NCBI GenBank assembly: GCA_047973385.1
Contig: JBKEBX010000021.1
Span: forward strand, 3,158-67,157
Direction of reading: 5' to 3'
DNA length: 64,000 nucleotides
From: Lachnospirales bacterium
GTDB taxonomy: Bacteria > Bacillota > Clostridia > Lachnospirales > CAMZNU01
Below the pieces are notes generated by a model. It had not been told where the DNA came from. It did no database searches and saw only the letters and a list, made by a program, of their open reading frames with translations. Below are positions 58,043 to 64,000 of this stretch, piece by piece (within the stretch, counting starts at the first letter, position 1; each line of letters opens with the position of its first letter). A program made the position numbers and the translations under genes.

Positions 58043-58840
58043 TTAAAAATAAATATTAAAAACTAAGCTATCTAAAATAACAAATGTACCTACGGCAAAA
58101 ACGTAATAACTAAAATATTTAAGCTTTGCTTTTTGTATAACAACAAGCATAGTTCGTATAGCGAGATACCCCGATAAAGCTGCCGCTAAAAAACCAAATA
58201 AATATGGCACAAAATCGCTACTATTTACAACAAATTCGCCTGTTAACATCTTTGCTACTTGTAAAACAAATGCACCACCTATTGCAGGTATACTCATAAG
58301 AAAAGAAAATCTAGCCGCTGTTGTTCTATCAAGTCCTCTAAACATACTCCCTGTAATAGTAGAACCACTTCTTGATACTGCTGGCGTTATGGCAAAGGCT
58401 TGGAAACACCCAATTATAAATGCATCTAAATATGTTATATCCTCATCTTTTTTTGTTCCACTTTGTTTTCTTGGTTTATCGGCAAACAATAATAAACAAC
58501 CTGTTATAATAAAGCCTACACCTAAAAACACCGTTCCCTCAAACAACATTTCAACTGTATCTTCAAATAACAAAGTAAATATAACTGCTGGTATCGTACC
58601 TATAATTAATAAGTAAACATATTTTTGAAAAGGTTTCTTTATCAGTGCAAAAATATCTTTCCAATATACTATAAAAATAGGAATAAGTGTCCCTATATGT
58701 AATAAAACATCAAAAAACAACCCTGGTGCATCAACCCCTAATATTTTTTGGGTAAGTACCAGATGCCCTGAACTAGATATAGGTAAAAATTCAGCAATGC
58801 CTTGAACTAAACCTAAAATTATTGCTTCAAATATGTTCAT
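58043..58840 (-). CDS. uppP: Undecaprenyl-diphosphatase (BacA)
   Basis: QGIAEFLPISSSGHL, HIGT, PAVSRSGST, ARFSFLMSIPA. ATG 58840 follows GGAGG. Confidence 0.96.
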   Translation of the reverse strand: MNIFEAIILGLVQGIAEFLPISSSGHLVLTQKILGVDAPGLFFDVLLHIGTLIPIFIVYWKDIFALIKKPFQKYVYLLIIGTIPAVIFTLLFEDTVEMLFEGTVFLGVGFIITGCLLLFADKPRKQSGTKKDEDITYLDAFIIGCFQAFAITPAVSRSGSTITGSMFRGLDRTTAARFSFLMSIPAIGGAFVLQVAKMLTGEFVVNSSDFVPYLFGFLAAALSGYLAIRTMLVVIQKAKLKYFSYYVFAVGTFVILDSLVFNIYF

Positions 58841-58992
58841 AATAACCTCCAAATAAATATTCAAAACAATTATACTATATTTTATTTTATTTTTCAATAG
58901 GGATACTATTATAATTTCCTTTCAAAATTCAGTTAAAACTGTAAATATTTTTACTAATCAGGGCTTTTAAACTCAAACTTGCAAAAAAAATG

Positions 58993-59021
58993 TTGCATTT
59001 ACTCCAAACTTCTGTTATAAT
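58993..59021 (+). promoter_or_regulatory. Sigma-A promoter of the DEAD-box helicase
   Basis: TTGCAT-N17-TATAAT with TG extended -10. Confidence 0.7.
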
Positions 59022-59162
59022 TAAAAGGTTGACAAATCATTAAAGTGATTTTATATATTTTGGGGAGCCATATGTTATTTATCTTTATCAGCGAGTTAAG
59101 TAACTTGGCATTTTGTCAGATGAAATGATACAACAGTTACTTAATTTAAGAAGGAGAGATAC

Positions 59163-60938
59163 ATGGAAGAAACACAAACAATATTAGAAGAAAACAAATT
59201 CTCAAATCTCATTGATGATAGAGATATTTTAAAAGCAATCGAGCATATGGGATTTGTTCAAGCAACACCTATACAAAGCCAATCTATCAACTATGTTAAA
59301 GATGGTTACGATGTTATAGGTCAGTCACAAACAGGTACAGGTAAAACTGCAGCTTTTGGTTTGCCTACACTTGAAAAAATAGACGTGAATTCCAGAAAAC
59401 TTCAAGCAATTATACTTTGTCCTACAAGAGAACTTGCTATCCAAGTTTCAGAAGAGTTTAGAAAATTTTTAATGTTTAAAGATAGTATAAAAGTTTTACC
59501 AATATATGGTGGCCAACCTATTGGTAAGCAGATAGCTGCACTTAAAAAAGGAGTGCAAGTTGTTATAGGTACACCTGGTCGTGTTATAGACCACATAAAC
59601 AGAAGAACACTAAAGCTTGGAGATGTTCAAACTGTTATTTTAGATGAAGCTGATGAAATGTTAAATATGGGATTTAGAGAGGATATTGAAGAGATTTTAA
59701 AGTCTGTTCCAACAGAACGTCAAACGATTTTGTTTTCTGCTACAATGCCTAAGGAAATACTTGAACTTGCAAATAGATACCAAAATGACCCTAAACACAT
59801 TAGAATAAAAAGAAAAGAACTTACAGTTAGTACAATAACACAATATTATACAGTTGTAAGAGAAAAAATGAAATTCGAGGCTCTTTGTAGATTTGTTGAC
59901 CACAAAAACCCAGACCTTGCCATTGTTTTTTGTAACACTAAAAAACGTGTTGACGAAGTTGTTGAAGCACTACAAAAGAGAAATTATTTTGCCGAAGGTT
60001 TACATGGTGATTTAAAACAACTTCAACGTGATATGGTTATGAAAAAATTCCGTCAAAGAACATTGCAAATTTTAGTTGCAACAGATGTTGCTGCTCGTGG
60101 TATAGATGTTGATGACGTTGATGCTGTTTATAACTTTGACTTACCTCAAGACTATGAGTATTATGTACACCGTATTGGGCGTACTGGTCGTGCTGGTAAA
60201 AGTGGGGAATCTTACACTTTTGTTACTGGTCGTGAAGTTGGTAGATATGAGGACATTTTAAAACGTACAAAGTCTACTGCTACTAAAATCAAACCACCAT
60301 CAGTTAAAGACTTAGCCGATTCTAAAAAAGATGAATTTATTTCTAAAATAAAAGAAACTATTTTGTTAAATACAGACCTTTCTGTATATCAAAATGTTTT
60401 AGATAAACTTGTGAATGACGGTTATACAGTTGACCAAATAGCTCTTGCACTTATATATGACAACTTGTTTAATGATTCAATACAAGATATTGACTTTGAA
60501 GAAAGAAGCCGTTCTAAGAGCAACAATAAAAAAGGCAAAGATAAACTTAATGTTGATGAAAATATGACTAGACTTTTCTTAACTGTTGGTAAACGTGATA
60601 GAATTGACGTTCGTGATATAGTTGGCTGTATAGCAAACGAAACAGGTGTGCGTTCAAGACACCTCGGAAAAATAATTTTATTTGATGAGTTCACTTTTGT
60701 TGATGTAGATGCCGAGTATAGCAGTGTAGTTATCAAAAAGATGAAAGGTGCTAAAATCAGAAATCGAGAAGTTTCTGTTGAAAAAGCTAATGTTTCATCT
60801 AAAAAAGGTAAAAGCAGTAAAGGCGGCAGAGATAGAAAGTCTGATAAAAAGTATGACAAATCTGATAGAAGAGATAAAAAATACGATAAAAAAGATAAAT
60901 ATTACTCAAAAAAAACCAGTAAAAAATCTGAATATTAA
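59163..60938 (+). CDS. DEAD-box RNA helicase (CshA/DeaD-like, with DbpA-type RBD)
   Basis: Q motif, QTGTGKT, PTRELA, DEAD, SAT, ARGID, HRIGRTGRAG, C-terminal RNA-binding domain and Lys-rich tail. Confidence 0.96.
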   Translation: MEETQTILEENKFSNLIDDRDILKAIEHMGFVQATPIQSQSINYVKDGYDVIGQSQTGTGKTAAFGLPTLEKIDVNSRKLQAIILCPTRELAIQVSEEFRKFLMFKDSIKVLPIYGGQPIGKQIAALKKGVQVVIGTPGRVIDHINRRTLKLGDVQTVILDEADEMLNMGFREDIEEILKSVPTERQTILFSATMPKEILELANRYQNDPKHIRIKRKELTVSTITQYYTVVREKMKFEALCRFVDHKNPDLAIVFCNTKKRVDEVVEALQKRNYFAEGLHGDLKQLQRDMVMKKFRQRTLQILVATDVAARGIDVDDVDAVYNFDLPQDYEYYVHRIGRTGRAGKSGESYTFVTGREVGRYEDILKRTKSTATKIKPPSVKDLADSKKDEFISKIKETILLNTDLSVYQNVLDKLVNDGYTVDQIALALIYDNLFNDSIQDIDFEERSRSKSNNKKGKDKLNVDENMTRLFLTVGKRDRIDVRDIVGCIANETGVRSRHLGKIILFDEFTFVDVDAEYSSVVIKKMKGAKIRNREVSVEKANVSSKKGKSSKGGRDRKSDKKYDKSDRRDKKYDKKDKYYSKKTSKKSEY

Positions 60939-60939
60939 T

Positions 60940-60980
60940 AAAAAAGCGTGGGATGAATATTTTAAATTCCACGTTTTTTT
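60940..60980. terminator. Bidirectional terminator
   Basis: A6-GCGTGGGA...TTCCACG-T7. Confidence 0.75.
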
Positions 60981-60988
60981 AATCCATT

Positions 60989-61723
60989 TTATTTTAACAA
61001 CACTCTTTTCAAAAATTGTTTAGTTCTTTCTTCTTTTGGATTTTCAAAAATTTCTTCTGATGTACCTCTTTCGACAACTACACCATTATCCATAAAAACT
61101 ACTGAAGTTGCAACTTCTTTCGCAAAGGTCATTTCATGAGTTGCAACTATCATAGTCACACCCTCTTTTGCAAGATTTTTCATGACTTCTAAAACTTCTC
61201 CTACAAGCTCTGGATCAAGTGCCGATGTAGGCTCATCAAACAAAATAACTTTAGGTTTCACAGCTATGGCACGTGCTATACTAACCCTTTGTTTTTGTCC
61301 TCCTGACAAAGTCACAGGATATTCATTGTCTTTATCTGTAAGGTTAACCTTTTCAAGTGCATTTTTTGCTATAACTATAGCTTCATCTTTAGGTATTTTT
61401 CTAGCAATTATAAGACCTTCTGTAACATTTTCAAGTACTGTTTTATTGTTAAACAAATTATAATTTTGGAATACAAATGCCGTATTTTTACGCACTTCAT
61501 TTATAACTTCTTTGTCCACTTTTCCAAAGTCAATTTCTTTATTTAAAAACTCCATAGTGCCACTGTCAGCCTTTTCAAGAAAATTTAAACACCTAAGTAG
61601 TGTGGTTTTACCTGAACCACTTGGACCTAAAATAACTACAACATCACCTTTATTAACACTTATGTCTATACCTTTTAATACGTCAACATTAAATTTTTTC
61701 TTAATATTTTTTATTTTTAGCAT
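60989..61723 (-). CDS. Polar amino-acid ABC transporter ATP-binding protein
   Basis: [30 protein letters not shown]. Confidence 0.95.
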   Translation of the reverse strand: MLKIKNIKKKFNVDVLKGIDISVNKGDVVVILGPSGSGKTTLLRCLNFLEKADSGTMEFLNKEIDFGKVDKEVINEVRKNTAFVFQNYNLFNNKTVLENVTEGLIIARKIPKDEAIVIAKNALEKVNLTDKDNEYPVTLSGGQKQRVSIARAIAVKPKVILFDEPTSALDPELVGEVLEVMKNLAKEGVTMIVATHEMTFAKEVATSVVFMDNGVVVERGTSEEIFENPKEERTKQFLKRVLLK

Positions 61724-61731
61724 TTTTCAAC

Positions 61732-62433
61732 CTAACTACTTATTTTTCTATAAGCTCCAATATTCTTTTCTAGTAAACTAAACCCAAATTGTATAAGTGT
61801 ACAAATTATAATATAAATCAAATAAATTACTAAATAGGCTTCTATATAATTATAACCATAGGAGGCTTCTATCTTTGCAATGGCCGTAATATCTTGCACT
61901 GTCATAGCAAAGGCAAGTGATGTACTCTTTACTAAATTTATTGTAGTGTTACAGAGGTTAGGCATGGTATTTACAAAAACTTGAGGTATAATAATGCGTT
62001 TATACACCAAAAATTTACTCATACCAATAGATAAACCTGCCTCTAACTGCTCATCACTTACACTTCCTATTCCTGAACGAAAAACCTCTATCAAAATTGC
62101 CGTTGTATTTATTGTGAATATTATATACGCATAGTAAATAGGATTTATCTCAAAGACATTTATGTTTAAACCTAAATTAATAACTATAATATTTAATAAA
62201 CTTGGCATTAAACTGTAAATAATCAAAATTTGTAAAATAACTGGCGTTCCTCTTACAAAAGATACATAGATAGATATAATTTTCCTATATCTAAAACTTC
62301 TATCTAAGAATAAATAGGCAAAAAAGAACGCAATCGGAATTGAAATAACCATAGATATTAAAGTTATGCTAAGTGTAACTGGTATGCCCTCAATAACTTT
62401 AAAAAATAGGTCATACATAAATTCATAATCCAT
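61732..62433 (-). CDS. Polar amino-acid ABC permease
   Basis: FVRGTP, EAGLSIG (EAA loop), LVKSTSL. Confidence 0.93.
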   Translation of the reverse strand: MDYEFMYDLFFKVIEGIPVTLSITLISMVISIPIAFFFAYLFLDRSFRYRKIISIYVSFVRGTPVILQILIIYSLMPSLLNIIVINLGLNINVFEINPIYYAYIIFTINTTAILIEVFRSGIGSVSDEQLEAGLSIGMSKFLVYKRIIIPQVFVNTMPNLCNTTINLVKSTSLAFAMTVQDITAIAKIEASYGYNYIEAYLVIYLIYIIICTLIQFGFSLLEKNIGAYRKISS

Positions 62434-62437
62434 ATAA

Positions 62438-63136
62438 TCACCTATCCAATCTATTTTTATCTAATTTAACTTCTAACTTAAAGAAAATTTTATCAAACAA
62501 AAAGGTAAAAGACCAATATATTAAAGTTAAAGCTATATACGTTTCAAGGGCATATGCACCGTAGTTCCTTGCTATAATCAAATTACCCTGCCCCATTATG
62601 TCAATCAGCCCAATAGTATAGGCAATTGCTCCTTCTTTTAGCAAAGCAATCAGTGAATTTCCAAGGTTTGGTAAAGCATAAACTATCATTTGTGGTATTA
62701 AAATTCTTACATATGTTTGCTTTTTACTTAAGCCAATACTTATACTAGCTTCATATTGTCCAATATCAACATTTTCATAAGCTGAGCGTATAATTTCTGC
62801 CATAGATGCCGAAAAAATCATAGTAAGAGAAACAATAACAAAAAAGCTTTTATCAAAACCATTTATATCTACATCAAAAACACCCACTAATACTTTAGGT
62901 AACCCATAATATATTATGAATAATAAAACAATAGTAGGTGTACATCTCATAAGATATATATACATATTAGCAAAATAATTGCACAACTTATTTTTTGATT
63001 TTTTAAATTCAAATAATAAAAAACCAAAAACTATAGCATAAAACATTGTAGCAATTGCAATATACAACGTAATAGGTATATATGGAATTAATTTTTTTAA
63101 AACTTCAAATATATATATAAATTCAAACGGTCGCAA
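62438..63136 (-). CDS. Polar amino-acid ABC permease
   Basis: MRCTP, AEIIRS, GQYEAS.SIG, LLKEG. Confidence 0.93.
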   Translation of the reverse strand: MRPFEFIYIFEVLKKLIPYIPITLYIAIATMFYAIVFGFLLFEFKKSKNKLCNYFANMYIYLMRCTPTIVLLFIIYYGLPKVLVGVFDVDINGFDKSFFVIVSLTMIFSASMAEIIRSAYENVDIGQYEASISIGLSKKQTYVRILIPQMIVYALPNLGNSLIALLKEGAIAYTIGLIDIMGQGNLIIARNYGAYALETYIALTLIYWSFTFLFDKIFFKLEVKLDKNRLDR

Positions 63137-63148
63137 AATTCACCCTTT

Positions 63149-63976
63149 CTATTCCGTAAGCTGAAATACGTCCTCTTTAAAATATTCTAAGGATAACTTG
63201 CTAAGTGTTCCGTTTTCATAAAGTTCTTCAAAGGCTTTATCATATGCATCGGCAAGTTCTTGATTTTCCTTATTAAATAAAGGATATGTTCCTATCGCTT
63301 TATAAGTTACAAAAGCTAAATCATCATTAAAATCATGATAAACACCATCTTCGGCTATAACATTATTTTCATAGGAAAGTTTTATATTTAAGTAGCCGTC
63401 ATATCTGCCTTCTAAAACCCAAGCATATGAATCATTTATATCAAAAGTGTCTGATGGTACAAGTTCTATAGGTGCATCTTCATGTTCCGAATTATACTCC
63501 TCTATAACTGTATATTGGGCACTTTGTGGAGAAATAGGCACAAGTTTGCCACTATACTCAGCAAAAGATTTCATATCTGTTATCTCGTCGGCATCTTCTG
63601 CCCTTATGGCAAGACCTATAACACTTGCCCCAATCTGATTTTGTGGAAAAATAAATTTTTTAGCACGTTCTTCTGTATACCATACACCTTTTATACCAAC
63701 ATCATACTTACCTGCCTCAACCCCCATTAAAACATCTTCATCAGATGTGGGTATAAAGTTAAACTCATAATCTTCTAAAAGCTTATCAACTTCACGCATA
63801 ACATCAACTTCAAAACCTGTAGATATACCCTCATCATCAACATAATCGTAAGGCACATATGCTTGAGAATGTGCAATGTCTATACTCTCTACAACTGAAC
63901 TTTCTTCTTGAATACAACTTGTAAGTAGTATCATACTTGAGAATGCAATTGCAATTTTTTTATTGTTAAACTTCAT
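63149..63976 (-). CDS. Amino-acid ABC transporter substrate-binding lipoprotein (family 3; cystine/TcyJK-like by resemblance)
   Basis: Lipobox LLTSC; PYDYVD..G..TGFEVDV; ERAKKF.F. Confidence 0.9.
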   Translation of the reverse strand: MKFNNKKIAIAFSSMILLTSCIQEESSVVESIDIAHSQAYVPYDYVDDEGISTGFEVDVMREVDKLLEDYEFNFIPTSDEDVLMGVEAGKYDVGIKGVWYTEERAKKFIFPQNQIGASVIGLAIRAEDADEITDMKSFAEYSGKLVPISPQSAQYTVIEEYNSEHEDAPIELVPSDTFDINDSYAWVLEGRYDGYLNIKLSYENNVIAEDGVYHDFNDDLAFVTYKAIGTYPLFNKENQELADAYDKAFEELYENGTLSKLSLEYFKEDVFQLTE

Positions 63977-64000
63977 ACTGTAACTCCTTTTTAAAACAAC

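Overview
AT-rich chromosomal window from a spore-forming clostridial bacterium (Clostridia, probably Lachnospirales-like; inferred from gene content, gene order and sigma-E/sigma-K-type promoters). It is mostly core genome. The blocks are: the 5' end of lexA; lgt-M16 peptidase-dut; yqfC-yqfD-phoH-pgpH-ybeY-cdd-era; pth-mfd; rpsL-rpsG-fusA-tuf; an OmpR/kinase pair; rpsU-yqeY; T-box-alaS; rnpB; trmK-Nif3-nucleoside kinase; tsaE and a tsaB-rimI fusion; proC; ffs-dnaX-ybaB-recR-dusB-greA-lysS; uppP; a DEAD-box helicase; and an amino-acid ABC transporter. No tRNA/rRNA genes, cas genes, transposases or integrases were seen. The non-routine signals are: (1) an unannotated 81-82 bp modular repeat family (53 bp repeat plus 28-29 bp hairpin spacer) forming CRISPR-like mini-arrays at three loci, each directly upstream of a minus-strand gene (tlpA-like, rnpB, tsaE), with compensatory base changes in its hairpins and a TGnTATAAT-like box in most copies; (2) a 173 bp MITE family with terminal inverted repeats and a different 4 bp target duplication at each of four copies; (3) an orphan pair of large paralogous type IV pilin-like proteins; (4) ribosomal protein S12 carrying R56 and A104 at two streptomycin-contact positions; (5) a Cys-rich collagen-like spore protein. 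Family names come from recognising motifs from memory; no database search was run.
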